From Nitrososphaerota archaeon (GTDB lineage Archaea; Thermoproteota; Nitrososphaeria_A; Caldarchaeales; Calditenuaceae): a DNA stretch of 64,000 nucleotides. Location: the NCBI GenBank assembly GCA_033581555.1, contig JAVQSZ010000001.1:32001-96000 (forward strand), in the 5' to 3' direction. Position numbers and translations under genes: made by a program. Shown piece by piece: positions 1-9,728 of the stretch. Below the pieces are notes generated by a model that saw nothing but the letters and a program-made list of their open reading frames with translations, was not told the DNA's origin and did no database searches. How positions within the stretch are numbered: the first letter of the stretch is position 1; each line of letters opens with the position of its first letter.

Positions 1-148
1 CCCTCAGTAGGGTCGACTTGCCGGAACCGGTGGGCCCAACGACCAGCACGAGCTCGCCCTCGGAGACCTCGAGGTCCACTCCGTCCAGCGACCAGGCCTC
101 GGAGCCCTCGTACCTGAACCTGAGTCCCTTCACCTCGATTACCGGCAT
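1..148 (-). CDS. ABC/ECF transporter ATP-binding protein, N-terminal part (runs off window)
   Basis: Read by hand: ATG at 148 overlaps the TGA of the upstream gene; MPVIEVKGLRFRYEGSEAWSLDGVDLEVSEGELVLVVGPTGSGKSTLLR has a Walker A (GPTGSGKST); 'FRY' N-terminus resembles EcfA/CbiO. Confidence 0.85.
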   Translation of the reverse strand, partial: MPVIEVKGLRFRYEGSEAWSLDGVDLEVSEGELVLVVGPTGSGKSTLLR

Positions 149-1182
149 CACTCCTCCACCGGCGTCGGGTTGTATCCGAGCATCCCCCCGATCAGCTCGA
201 CGCATCTCCTGAAGGCCTCCTCGAGCCCGACGTTGACCCTCGCCCTCGCAGCGGCCGCGTGTCCCCCTCCAGCACCGCCGTACCTCTCTATCAGCGGGTT
301 GACCAGGTCCCTCACGACGTTGAAGGAGTAGGTCGAGACGACCTCGGACGCGACCCTGAACGTCAGCTCAGATAGGCCGTCGCGCTCGTCGCCGACGACC
401 GCTATCCCTGCGCCAGCGGCTAGCAGGACCCTGGCGACCGAGGGCCTGAAGGCGCTGACCCTGGTCAGGGCGATTATCACGTTCTCGCACCTGTAGAGCC
501 TCGCCCTCTTGATCCCCTTCAACCTCGCGATCCTCTCCGAGTAGTCGGGCGGGACCTCGAGCCTCTCGGCCACCGCGCCCGGCTCCGCGCCGAGCTCGCC
601 CAGAAGCCCGACCTTCCTGAGGGTCAGCGCGTCAGCGGTCGCGAGCCTCACCGTGTCGTAGTAAGTCCCGAAGTAGAGGGCGGTCGCCTCGTCGGGGCTT
701 GGATCGTGGCCGGCGAAGACGCAGAGGTCTAGGACGACCTCGGAGCACGACCTGTAGCCCGGGTCTGCGAAGACGTCGGCCGACTCGAAAGGACGCTGGG
801 GCTGGTGGTGGTCGATCACGGTCAGCCTGCCCGCGGCCCTCGCGAGGGTCTCTCCGAGCTGCGATGGCGACCCCACGTCGACCGCGACGTAGTGGTCCGA
901 GTCGGGGAGCTCAGCAGTGAGCTCGATCCCGAAGGCCGACGCGAACCTCGCGGCCGAGTCTGAGACCTCTCCCGGGACGTGAACGTGGACCTCCGAGCAC
1001 CCGACCGTCCTCTCGAGGAGCGACTTCAGGGCCATCGAGGAGGCGAGCGAGTCCGGATCGCCCCCAACGTGGGTGAGGACCGTGACCCTCGAGCCCCTCA
1101 GCGACCTGAGCCGTTCCCAGAGCCTCCCGATGAACTCGGGGGACCTGATGAGATCCTCGCGCGCCGCCGACCGGGCGCTCAC
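148..1182 (-). CDS. DHH/DHHA1 family phosphoesterase
   Basis: Motifs THxxxDxDS, VD, IDHH, YDT and C-terminal GGGH. Confidence 0.9.
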   Translation of the reverse strand: MSARSAAREDLIRSPEFIGRLWERLRSLRGSRVTVLTHVGGDPDSLASSMALKSLLERTVGCSEVHVHVPGEVSDSAARFASAFGIELTAELPDSDHYVAVDVGSPSQLGETLARAAGRLTVIDHHQPQRPFESADVFADPGYRSCSEVVLDLCVFAGHDPSPDEATALYFGTYYDTVRLATADALTLRKVGLLGELGAEPGAVAERLEVPPDYSERIARLKGIKRARLYRCENVIIALTRVSAFRPSVARVLLAAGAGIAVVGDERDGLSELTFRVASEVVSTYSFNVVRDLVNPLIERYGGAGGGHAAAARARVNVGLEEAFRRCVELIGGMLGYNPTPVEE

Positions 1183-1544
1183 GCCTCCTCTGACCGACCG
1201 GACCCCAGGCTCATCTGTATCTCCTTCTGGAGCGTCGCGATCTGGCTCCTCGTCCTCGCCTCCTGCTTCTCGAGGACCTTGAGCCTCGTGTCGTTGAGGT
1301 CCCTCTTCTCGGAGAGCTCGCTGATCACCTTCTCCTTCGCGGTCTGGATCAGCAGCGGCCCCACCGCCTTGTACACGATCACCGACTCGTCGACTTTCGA
1401 GAGCTCCTCCAGCGCGAGCTTGATCTCCTCCAGCTCCGACTGGATCCTCTGCTTCTCCGAGAGGAGGGCCGCGAGGGTCTGCTGGAGCTGTTGAAGCCTG
1501 GCTAGCTGCTGCTGGACGTTCATCGGCAGCTCGCTTGAAGACAT
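1179..1544 (-). CDS. pfdB: Prefoldin subunit beta
   Basis: 121-aa coiled-coil hairpin with VYKAVGPLLI; start trimmed to ATG 1544 (MSSSELP). Confidence 0.93.
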   Translation of the reverse strand: MSSSELPMNVQQQLARLQQLQQTLAALLSEKQRIQSELEEIKLALEELSKVDESVIVYKAVGPLLIQTAKEKVISELSEKRDLNDTRLKVLEKQEARTRSQIATLQKEIQMSLGSGRSEEA

Positions 1545-1687
1545 CTCGAGCCCACGATCCCCCTCCCCAGTATTAGGGTTTTGCCCAAGACGTGTTCGCG
1601 AGCTTCGACCCGAAGGGCGCACCAGACGTCCACAGGCGATCAACTTCCCGATTGGGCTGCCAACGGTTATGAGGGAGCCGTCGTTCG

Positions 1688-2182
1688 GTGCTAGCGGTGG
1701 ACGCGAGGTCGGAGCTCGAGAGGGCTGAGGGCTTCAAGGGGGTCTTCGCGCTGGTGAAGAGGGTCGTCGAGAGGAGGTTGGGATTGAGGAGGGCGGGGCT
1801 GATGCTGGTGCTGGCCGACGAGCCGGCCTTCGTCCTCGCCTACCACGGCGTCGGGTCGAACTTCATCGTCCTGAACAGGAGGGCGATCACGGCCCTGGTC
1901 GGACAGGGAGCATCCCAGACGGAGGTCAAGTCCTACCTGTTCACGGTCCTCCTCCACGAGTACCTCCACTCCCTCGGTTTCCTCGACGAGTCCGAGACCC
2001 GCAGGCTGGTGGCCGAGATCGTCAGGTCCGAGTTCGGGGAGGACCACCCGGCGTACAGGTTCGCGGCGAGGCCGCTCGGTGAGGAGGAGGCGAGAGCCCT
2101 CGCCGTTCAGGAACGGTCAGGCCATGCGGAGCCCACGATCGTGAGGGAGTTCGACGACGAGAACCTCACCTACGTCGCGTGA
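1688..2182 (+). CDS. Hypothetical zincin-like protein (HExxH)
   Basis: LLHEYLHSLG motif; typical codon usage. Confidence 0.7.
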   Translation: MLAVDARSELERAEGFKGVFALVKRVVERRLGLRRAGLMLVLADEPAFVLAYHGVGSNFIVLNRRAITALVGQGASQTEVKSYLFTVLLHEYLHSLGFLDESETRRLVAEIVRSEFGEDHPAYRFAARPLGEEEARALAVQERSGHAEPTIVREFDDENLTYVA

Positions 2183-3488
2183 CCGGGCTCTCGGCCGGAC
2201 CTTTCGTCCTCCCGACCAGACAGTGCGTCCTCGCACCGACCACCTCGACCTCAATCCACTCCCCGAGCAAGGTCCTCCCGTCGGCGTCCGGGATCGCGAT
2301 CGGCCTGTAGTCGAGGTTCCTGGCTATCGGCTCGCCCTTCGGTCCCACCTCATCGACCAACGCAGGCCCCTCCCAGCCGACCATCTCTTCCATCCTCTCC
2401 CTCGAGATCCTCGAGCAGACCTCCGTGATCTCTCTGCTCCTCCTGTTGACGACAGCGTCCGGCAGGGGCCTCAGCCTCGCGGCCTCGGTCTTAGGCCTGG
2501 GGTAGAACCTCGAGATGTTCACGAAGTCGGGCCTCACCTCCTCCATCAGCCTGACCGTCGCCTCGAAGTCCTCCTCGTCCTCGGTCGGGTACCCGACTAT
2601 CACGTCGGTCATCAAGGTCAGGCTCGGGAAGGCCCCTCTGAACGTCCTAACGTAGTGGGTGAAGTCCGCGACTGCGTAGCCGCGCCTCATCTCCCTTAGC
2701 ACGTCGTCGCTCCCGCTTTGGACGCAGAGGTGGAGGAACTTGAAGACGTGGGCGTCCCCGTAGGCCCTTACCAGGTCATCGAGCTCGAGCCTCCTGAAGT
2801 GGAGCGGGTTCATCATCCCGACCCTGATCGCGTAGTCGCCTTCGACCGACGACGTCACGCCCTCCAGCAGCTCCGCGAGGTTCGTCCCGATGTCCCTCCC
2901 GTACGCGGACATGTCCTGCGATGTCAACCAGACCTCCTTAGCGCCGCTCCTGACCGCCCTCTCCACCGCCTCCCTGATCACCGATGGCCTGTAGCTGAAG
3001 AGCGTCCCCCTCGCGACCTTCGTCTGGCAGAAGGTGCAGGAGGAGAGGCAGCCGCTGGCGACTTCGACCACCTCCACCACCGGGTTCGTCCTGACGTGGG
3101 GCAGGACAGGCTTCTCGACCATCCCGTCCTCCAGCACGACCGCCCTCCTCCCAGCGAGGGCCTCCCTGACGACCTCCCCGATCCTGTGGACCGCGTTCGG
3201 GCCGATCATCGAGGCCTTCGGGCTTACCCTCGCGACGGTCTCGGGCTGGGCCTTCGCGAAGCACCCGGCCACGACGAGCGGCTTCCCGGCCCTCGAGAGG
3301 ACGGATATCCGGTGGACCATCCTGTTCGCGGTGGGCGTCTTGACCGTGCAGGTGTTGATCAGGAGGAAGTCGGCCTCCCTCGGGTCCTGGACCTCGACGT
3401 GCCCCTCCTCGCCAAGTATGCCCCTCATGATCTCGGCGTCGTGGAGGTTGGCCGCGCAGCCGTAGCTCTCGACGTAGAACTTTGCCAT
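2166..3488 (-). CDS. mtaB: tRNA t6A37 methylthiotransferase (MiaB-like/MtaB radical SAM)
   Basis: UPF0004 N-terminus (ESYGCAAN, NTCTVK, AGC), radical SAM motif CLSSCTFC, C-terminal TRAM domain. Confidence 0.9.
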   Translation of the reverse strand: MAKFYVESYGCAANLHDAEIMRGILGEEGHVEVQDPREADFLLINTCTVKTPTANRMVHRISVLSRAGKPLVVAGCFAKAQPETVARVSPKASMIGPNAVHRIGEVVREALAGRRAVVLEDGMVEKPVLPHVRTNPVVEVVEVASGCLSSCTFCQTKVARGTLFSYRPSVIREAVERAVRSGAKEVWLTSQDMSAYGRDIGTNLAELLEGVTSSVEGDYAIRVGMMNPLHFRRLELDDLVRAYGDAHVFKFLHLCVQSGSDDVLREMRRGYAVADFTHYVRTFRGAFPSLTLMTDVIVGYPTEDEEDFEATVRLMEEVRPDFVNISRFYPRPKTEAARLRPLPDAVVNRRSREITEVCSRISRERMEEMVGWEGPALVDEVGPKGEPIARNLDYRPIAIPDADGRTLLGEWIEVEVVGARTHCLVGRTKGPAESPVTRRR

Positions 3489-3563
3489 TTCTTCCAGCTG
3501 TCCCAGCGGAGGTGAGCCTTAATCCTGTGCCCGCCCTCCCCCTCGGCAACCGAGTGCAGGACG

Positions 3564-4172
3564 TCAGGGCGCGGAGGCGGTGACCACGGCCCTTACCCTC
3601 TCCCTGTCCATCCCTACGAGCTCAGAGAGCTTCTCGATCAGCAGCTCACCCGACATGTGCCCCGACATCTGCCTCCAGAGGTTCCTGAGGCTCTCGTACC
3701 TGCTCCAGGGGTAGAGGATCCAATGAGACGTCTGAAGGACGAAGTAGTCGGGGACGAACTTGGTCCAGGGCTTGATGTGGAGGACAGCGCTCCTGAGCTC
3801 CGCAGGCCTCGAGGACCCGGTGATCAGGGACGTCGCGACCTGCAGGGTCTTGCCCTCGTCGGAGACGTCGTCCACGAGCAGCACCTTCCTGCCGTTCAGG
3901 GAGTCCATTCCTGGCTTGTGGTAGACGACCGGGGCGCTACGCTCCTTCACCCCGACGTAGCTCCTTATGCCCAGAGGAACCACTTCCTCGACGTCCAACA
4001 CGTCCGAGAGCAGGTTCGCGACGAATAGCCCTCCCCTCAGTATCCCGACGATCGCCTCGGGCCGGTAGCCGGACCCGGTGACCTTCGCCGCGAGCTCCTC
4101 GACCTCCTCGACGATGTCGTCCCAACTCAGCAGCAGGAACCTCTCTGTGCCTAGCGCAACCTCCTTCGCCAC
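3564..4172 (-). CDS. Purine phosphoribosyltransferase family protein
   Basis: ILRGG and PRPP loop LLVDDVSDEGKT, WILYPW; start taken at GTG 4172. Confidence 0.88.
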   Translation of the reverse strand: MAKEVALGTERFLLLSWDDIVEEVEELAAKVTGSGYRPEAIVGILRGGLFVANLLSDVLDVEEVVPLGIRSYVGVKERSAPVVYHKPGMDSLNGRKVLLVDDVSDEGKTLQVATSLITGSSRPAELRSAVLHIKPWTKFVPDYFVLQTSHWILYPWSRYESLRNLWRQMSGHMSGELLIEKLSELVGMDRERVRAVVTASAP

Positions 4173-4443
4173 ACCCGAACCTCTCAGGGGTCCTATATCC
4201 GCCTTAGTTCCCGCTTGACGCATCTAGGTCAACGGCGTGGGCCGTTCCCTAATGAATTGATCCCGTGCACGGTGGTCAGTGAACTGCTCATGTCACTCTA
4301 TTTCCAGTTGATTGATCTAACCGTGACCTATTACCGTCTGTCGTCGCAGAGGGCCTTCGTCAGCGACACGGTTATCACGCGCCGATTTGATCACGGTACT
4401 CTTCTCAACTGATGTGTAGATTTGCATACATCTGTCTAACATT

Positions 4444-4479
4444 TTCTACGTAGAAGTCATATTATTATTCTACGAGAAT
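4444..4479. promoter_or_regulatory. Paired palindromes (TTCTACGTAGAA; ATTCT-ACG-AGAAT) flanking an AT-rich TATA-like stretch upstream of the rhodanese/Phs operon
   Basis: Perfect 12-bp palindrome at 4444-4455 and a related inverted repeat at 4467-4479 in an AT-rich intergenic region. Confidence 0.5.
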
Positions 4480-4504
4480 CAATTATCTAACGAGGGTGGA
4501 TCGA

Positions 4505-5074
4505 ATGAAAGTAGGGGTCCTGGCCTCCGCCCTAATCGTCGTTGGACTACTAGTCGGACTCGCAGCGGGGCTTGTGGCGAGGCCCGCTCTGATGCCAGTA
4601 GAGCCGGTCACTAAGACGGTCGTGCAGGAGAGGCCGGTCACCGAGTTCAGGACCTTCACCGTTGAACGGGTTGTGACGGTCACCGTCGAGCAGAAGGTCG
4701 ACACGTTCAAGATACTCCATCAGGCCGTCGACAAAGTCGCTACCCAGATACCTGTCGGACGCTGGTGGTTCATTGACGCGAAGGACCTGAAGGAGAAGCT
4801 CGACGCTGGAGAGAGGATCGTCGTGGTCGACGTACGTGAGAGGGCCGAGTGGGACGCTGGCCGAATACCCGGCGCGATCCACATAAGGCTCAGCGAGGTG
4901 CCTAAGCACATCGACAAGATACCCAAGGAGACCACGGTGGTCGTGTACTGCAAGGTCGGGATACGCTCGGCCATGGCCATGATAATGCTGAGGGTCTTAG
5001 GTTATGAGAACGTCCTGAACCTCAGGGGCGGGTTCGACGACTGGGCAGCGAGAGGATACCCGGTGGAGAAGTAG
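4505..5074 (+). CDS. Membrane-anchored rhodanese-domain sulfurtransferase
   Basis: N-terminal hydrophobic helix, Thr/Val-rich linker, DVRE..EW..GRIPGA and active-site loop YCKVGIRS, LRGG..W. Confidence 0.88.
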   Translation: MKVGVLASALIVVGLLVGLAAGLVARPALMPVEPVTKTVVQERPVTEFRTFTVERVVTVTVEQKVDTFKILHQAVDKVATQIPVGRWWFIDAKDLKEKLDAGERIVVVDVRERAEWDAGRIPGAIHIRLSEVPKHIDKIPKETTVVVYCKVGIRSAMAMIMLRVLGYENVLNLRGGFDDWAARGYPVEK

Positions 5075-5090
5075 AGTACGGGTGTAGTCG

Positions 5091-7596
5091 ATGAAGGCGA
5101 CGATCAGTCGGCGTGCGCTACTCGCTGGTGTCGCGGCCGCCTCGTCCTCCGTTCCAGTCTTCTTTTTGTTGCGTTCACTCCCCTCACGAACCAGCGACGT
5201 CTCCGGCGACGAGGGCCTCAAGGGCGAGGCCAAGTGGGTCCCTGGAGCCTGCGCTGTCTGCGGTCAGGGCTGTCCCGTCAGGCTGAAGGTCCTTAATGGC
5301 GACACGATAGTCGGAGTCTCCTTCAACGCCGAGCCCGGGAGGTCACAGTACTACGCCGTCTGCGGGAAGGTCTACGCGATCCCCTACGCTCACCGCCACC
5401 CCAACAGGATCAAGAGACCGATGATACGGGACGGGCCGCGCGGCAGCGGATCGTTCAGGCCAGTCAGCTGGGACGAGGCCCTCGACTATGTCGCCGAGAA
5501 CCTCAGGAAGTACGCGTCGGCGCCGCACCAGGTGCTGGTCTTCTCTCACCAGGGCTGGGAAGCTCCCCTGATGGACGAGTTCATGAGGCTCTTCGGGACG
5601 CCGAACGTCACGGACCACGCTGACACCTGCTTCCACAGTTCTGCAGCGGGGCGCTGGTTTCTCTTCGGGAGGACTGTCGGGCCGGGGGCCACCTACCCCG
5701 ACTACGAACACGCCCAGTTCGTGGTCCTCATGGGAAGGAATCCCTACGGGGGCACCGTTGCCGCGCCCTGGACCAAGACCCTCTCCGAGGCCGTCTCGAG
5801 GGGGCTGAGGCTGGTCGTCTTCGACGTCAGGTACAGCGAGGTATGCGAGGTCGCGGAGAGGTACTACCTAGTCAGGCCTGGCACGGACCTGGCGGTATCG
5901 CTGGCGATAGCCAGGGAGATAATCGTCAACAAATGGTACAACTCGGACTACCTCAACAGGTACACGACCGCCGGCATGCTCTTCTACGCCGACTCGATGA
6001 AGCCCGTCAAGCTAAGGAGGATAGAGAGCGGCGAGAGGGCGGGCAAGCTGGACTACCTGGTCTACTGCGACGTCGACAAGATGTATCGGTTCAGGAGCGA
6101 GGCGAAGAGGGCGAAGCTGGACTTCTCCGGGATATTCGAAGGCAAGCGGGTGGTCACCGCTCTCCGGACACTCGGCACCGCGCTAGAGAGGTACACTCCC
6201 GAGTGGGCCGAGTCGGTCAGCGGCGTTCCCGCCGGCGAGATAAGGTGGGTTGCGAGGACGCTCGCCGGTTACGGTTCAAGGGGCTTCGTCGATCCCGGCT
6301 ACAAATCGGTCAGGTACCGCAACGAGCCGATGCTCCACCGCGTCAACGCGCTCGTCAACGTCCTGATCGGCTCCTGGGGGAGCAAGGGCGGTGTGGCGTG
6401 GTCGAGGAAGCTCCCCGTTCCAACCCCTCTCCCAGAGGGTGGGTTCAAGGTTGTCGCGGGGAAGTGTTGAGAGCGTCCCGTCCTACTGGAGGAGGCACGG
6501 CTACCCGCTGGCCTCCGAGTCGTCGTTCTCGATGCTCGCCATCAGGAGCATCCTCGAGGAGCGGCCCTACCCGATAAGGGCCGCGGTGATACTCTGGCAG
6601 AATCTCGTCGCGCACGTGCCCTCCGACAGCACCGTCGTAGAGGCCCTGAAGAAGCTCGACTTCGTCCTGGTGATGGACACCACGTGGAACGAGACCGCGA
6701 AGTACGCAGACGTCGTGCTGCCGACGAAGTTCTTCTTCGAGACGGACAACGCGACCGTCTGTCAGGTCTCCAAGACCCACATCGGACAGCTGGCCCTGTC
6801 GAGGAAGGCCGTCGATCCCCCTGAGGACGTGGACGCGAAGAGCGTCGCCGAGATCGTCTACGAGCTGGTCAAGCGCCTCTTCCCCGAGAAGGCCGCGAGG
6901 GCTGAGATGCTCCTCAACCCTGAGGAGGTCTGGAGGGAGCAGTGCAAGCTCCTCGAGGTCGATTACAGGAGGCTCTCCGAACAGGGGGTGATCTCCGCGT
7001 TCAACGAGGCCGTATACGAGCCGCTAGGGGAGGCCGGGGTCCTGCCCACCGAGACCGGGGAGATAGAGCTGATCAACCTCAAGGCCCTCGAGAAGTTCGG
7101 CGAGTACCTCGGCAAGCCCCACAACCTGAACCCGCTGCCCAGCTGGATTCCGCCGCGTTGGCTCGAGGGCGGCGAGCTCGGAGAGGATGAGTTCGTACCG
7201 GTCGATTACCAGCACCCACTGATCGCGATTAACACGTGGACCCGCGACACGCCCGAGGTCGTGGAACTCCTCAGGCTCGGAGGTGAGGACGGCGTCTTCA
7301 TCAGTCGCAAGAGGGCGAGCAGGCTGGGACTTAAGGACGGAGACCTGGCCGTGTTGGTCGCGAACGGCAAGGAGCTGACCGTGAGGGTGAGGGTCTCGGA
7401 CTTGGTCGGTGACGACGTCGTCTGCGGAGTCCACGGCCTGAACCCGGGGGCCCACGAGGGAGGCGCGGTGAAGTTCGACGGCATGCCGAAGTCCGGCCTG
7501 AACACCAACTTCCTCTCGGACTTCCAGATCGTCGACGGCTACGGGAGCGCGGCGCTATACGACTTCCGGGTCAAGCTGAGGAGGTGGAGGGCATGA
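5091..7596 (+). pseudogene. Molybdopterin oxidoreductase catalytic subunit (PhsA/PsrA-like), split by a +1 frameshift near 6391-6467
   Basis: Tat signal SRRALL, Fe-S motif CAVCGQGC...CGK, putative Mo ligand in HADTC, YADVVLP and C-terminal molydop-binding domain; halves lie in frames 5091-6470 and 6391-7596. Could be an assembly error rather than a true pseudogene. Confidence 0.8.
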
Positions 7597-8402
7597 AGCC
7601 CGCGATGGTCATCGACCTGAACAGGTGCATAGGGTGCAGGGCCTGTGTCGCCGCCTGCCTCCTTGAGAACGCCACGACGTTGAACGGAGGGCCGGTGCTA
7701 GACCTGAACGCGGCCAAGTACTCGAGGACCGTGCCGGTGATGGTCGGGACCCAAGACTTCCTCAGGAGGGTCTTCAGGCAGTGCGTCCAATGCGACTCGC
7801 CGCCCTGCGCCGCCGTCTGCCCGACCGGCGCGACGTTCAGGACCGAGGAGGGAGTGGTGCTGGTGAACAGGGAGCTCTGCATCGGGTGTGGCCTCTGCGG
7901 GGACGCCTGCCCGTACGGAGTGATCAACTTCCCGGTGGCTGGGGCCCGAAAGCCTAGCCACCGGTACGCCGTGAGGCGCGGAGTGCCGGACAGGTGCACG
8001 TTCTGCTACCACAGGAGGACTGAGGATGGTAAGCTCTGGACTCCGGCCTGCATCGAGGCCTGCGCTTTCGGCGCGAGGGTCTTCGGCGACCTCGACGACC
8101 CCAAAAACGAGGTCTCGAGGCTCGTGAGGGCCGGGGTGGCCATAGGCCCGAGACCGGACTTCCAGACCAGTCCGAAGCTCTTCTTCGTCCCGCGAAAGGG
8201 AGGCTACGAGCTCGTCAACTACCCGACGAGGGGCGAATACTCGTTCGGGTTGGCCGGCAGGGACTGGAGCCTCCTAAAGGAAAGCCTCGTCAGGCCGCTG
8301 GCGGAGCTGGCTATGGCGGCCGCGGTCGTCCTCGGGCTCGTCCACATCATCAGGGAGGCGAGGAAGTCCAGAAGGAAGGAGGTGAAGGAGGGTGAGAGGT
8401 GA
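7593..8402 (+). CDS. 4Fe-4S electron-transfer subunit (PhsB/PsrB/NrfC-like) with C-terminal TM helix
   Basis: CIGCRACVAAC, CVQCDSPPCAAVCP, CIGCGLCGDACP, CTFC...ACIEAC. Confidence 0.92.
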   Translation: MKPAMVIDLNRCIGCRACVAACLLENATTLNGGPVLDLNAAKYSRTVPVMVGTQDFLRRVFRQCVQCDSPPCAAVCPTGATFRTEEGVVLVNRELCIGCGLCGDACPYGVINFPVAGARKPSHRYAVRRGVPDRCTFCYHRRTEDGKLWTPACIEACAFGARVFGDLDDPKNEVSRLVRAGVAIGPRPDFQTSPKLFFVPRKGGYELVNYPTRGEYSFGLAGRDWSLLKESLVRPLAELAMAAAVVLGLVHIIREARKSRRKEVKEGER

Positions 8403-9090
8403 GCGAGTCCTCAGGTGGAACAGGACCGCCAGGATCGCCCACTGGCTCATGGTGATTGGCGTGACCGCCGGCTTCGTGTCGGGCCTCCCGGTGCTGGACG
8501 GAAGGCTGTTCAAGCCCATCGACGACCTACTCGGGGGCGAGGCGGTGAGGGAGTTCCTCCACTACTACGTGACGACGGTCTTCTTAGGGGCCGCTATACC
8601 GCTCGTCTTCGTGAGGGGCATCGCTGCCCGGGGAGATGAGTGGTGGTGGCCTTCATGGGACGAGGTGAAGCAAGCCGTCCGGGTGGCGCTCCACTGGTTC
8701 GGGCTCAGCCGCGAGTACCCGGTCATAGGGTTCCACCACCCAATGGAGAAGCTGTTCCTCATGTCGGTGCACTTCGGCCTCGTCCTGCTCGGCCTCTCGG
8801 GCGTACTGATGGTCTTCGCGGACCTGGGGCCGACGTACAAGTTCGTGCTGTTGATGCTCCACGACATCGGATTCCTGATGGTCAGCGTCCCGCTCGCTGG
8901 CCACTTCCTCCTCGCGGTCAACCCGGTCAACTGGCAGGCCCTCAGGGCCATCTTCACGGACGGGAAGGTAGACCTCTCGTGGGCGCGTCACCACCACCCG
9001 GGGTGGAAGGCGGCGAACGCTTCGGCAGACCCGAGGGTCGGGGGGAGCGAACGGGGACGCGAGAGGGGTCCCGCGCGACGGGACGCTTAA
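8392..9090 (+). CDS. Di-heme cytochrome b membrane anchor (PhsC/FdnI-like)
   Basis: RIAHW, FLHYY, LHDIG, GHF histidines in four TM helices; WARHHHPGW tail. Confidence 0.88.
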   Translation: MRGERVLRWNRTARIAHWLMVIGVTAGFVSGLPVLDGRLFKPIDDLLGGEAVREFLHYYVTTVFLGAAIPLVFVRGIAARGDEWWWPSWDEVKQAVRVALHWFGLSREYPVIGFHHPMEKLFLMSVHFGLVLLGLSGVLMVFADLGPTYKFVLLMLHDIGFLMVSVPLAGHFLLAVNPVNWQALRAIFTDGKVDLSWARHHHPGWKAANASADPRVGGSERGRERGPARRDA

Positions 9091-9102
9091 TCCCCTGAAA
9101 CC

Positions 9103-9435
9103 TCACTTCTCTATCTTCTCCCTCAGGAACTCCGGGAGGACGCCCTTCTTGGCCAGCTCGAGCGCCTGATTCTTCGTGAACCTCCACCAGATGTCCCCCC
9201 TCCGGTCGCTCTGGAAGTCCCACGGGCTGACCGCGACTAGGTCGCCCTCCTTTATCCAGATCCTCCTCTTCAGCTGGCCCCTGATCCTGCAGAGCCTCTG
9301 CTTCCCGTCCGAGCACTCGACGAGGACGTTGTCGTAACCCATCAGCTTCACGACGACGCCGTAGAGGTCTCCCGCTCCCAGCTCCGGCATCTCCTCGAGC
9401 TCCTTCGGCTCCGAGATGATCTTCCTCTTCCCCAT
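9103..9435 (-). CDS. eif1a: Translation initiation factor aIF-1A
   Basis: VECSDGKQRLCRIRGQLKRRIWIKEGD..PWDFQ. Confidence 0.95.
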   Translation of the reverse strand: MGKRKIISEPKELEEMPELGAGDLYGVVVKLMGYDNVLVECSDGKQRLCRIRGQLKRRIWIKEGDLVAVSPWDFQSDRRGDIWWRFTKNQALELAKKGVLPEFLREKIEK

Positions 9436-9656
9436 TCCCCGCGATCAGGTCCTGTCGGCCTCATTTAGGTGTAGCTATCCGCGATGCGGCCTTCAACAGA
9501 GGGGTCCGAGAGTCGCCGGGCGCATGAGGGCGTTCGCTGGAGGCCTCCCGGGGTCGAGGATCGACGGTCGTCGCGCTCGTCACATGGGCTGTCGGAGGTC
9601 TACGTGGGACTTCGTCGCTCCCCCTTCCGTTCGGGCCCCGAGGTCAGCAGGACGCG

Positions 9657-9728
9657 TGGGGCCGGCCGGACTCGAACCGGCGACCTCCGCCGTGTGAGGG
9701 CGGCGTCATACCACTAGACCACGGCCCC
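9657..9728 (-). tRNA. tRNA-Val(CAC)
   Basis: GGGGCCG acceptor stem, anticodon arm CCGCC-CTCACAC-GGCGG, T arm GCCGG-TTCGAGT-CCGGC; CCA not encoded. Confidence 0.95.

Noticed and set aside
6468-6470. TGA as selenocysteine readthrough in the molybdoenzyme
   Set aside because: The continuation is in a different frame and the site is not the metal-ligand position.
9440-9656. Short ORFs between aIF-1A and tRNA-Val
   Set aside because: No motif or consistent codon bias; they overlap the promoter or the tRNA.
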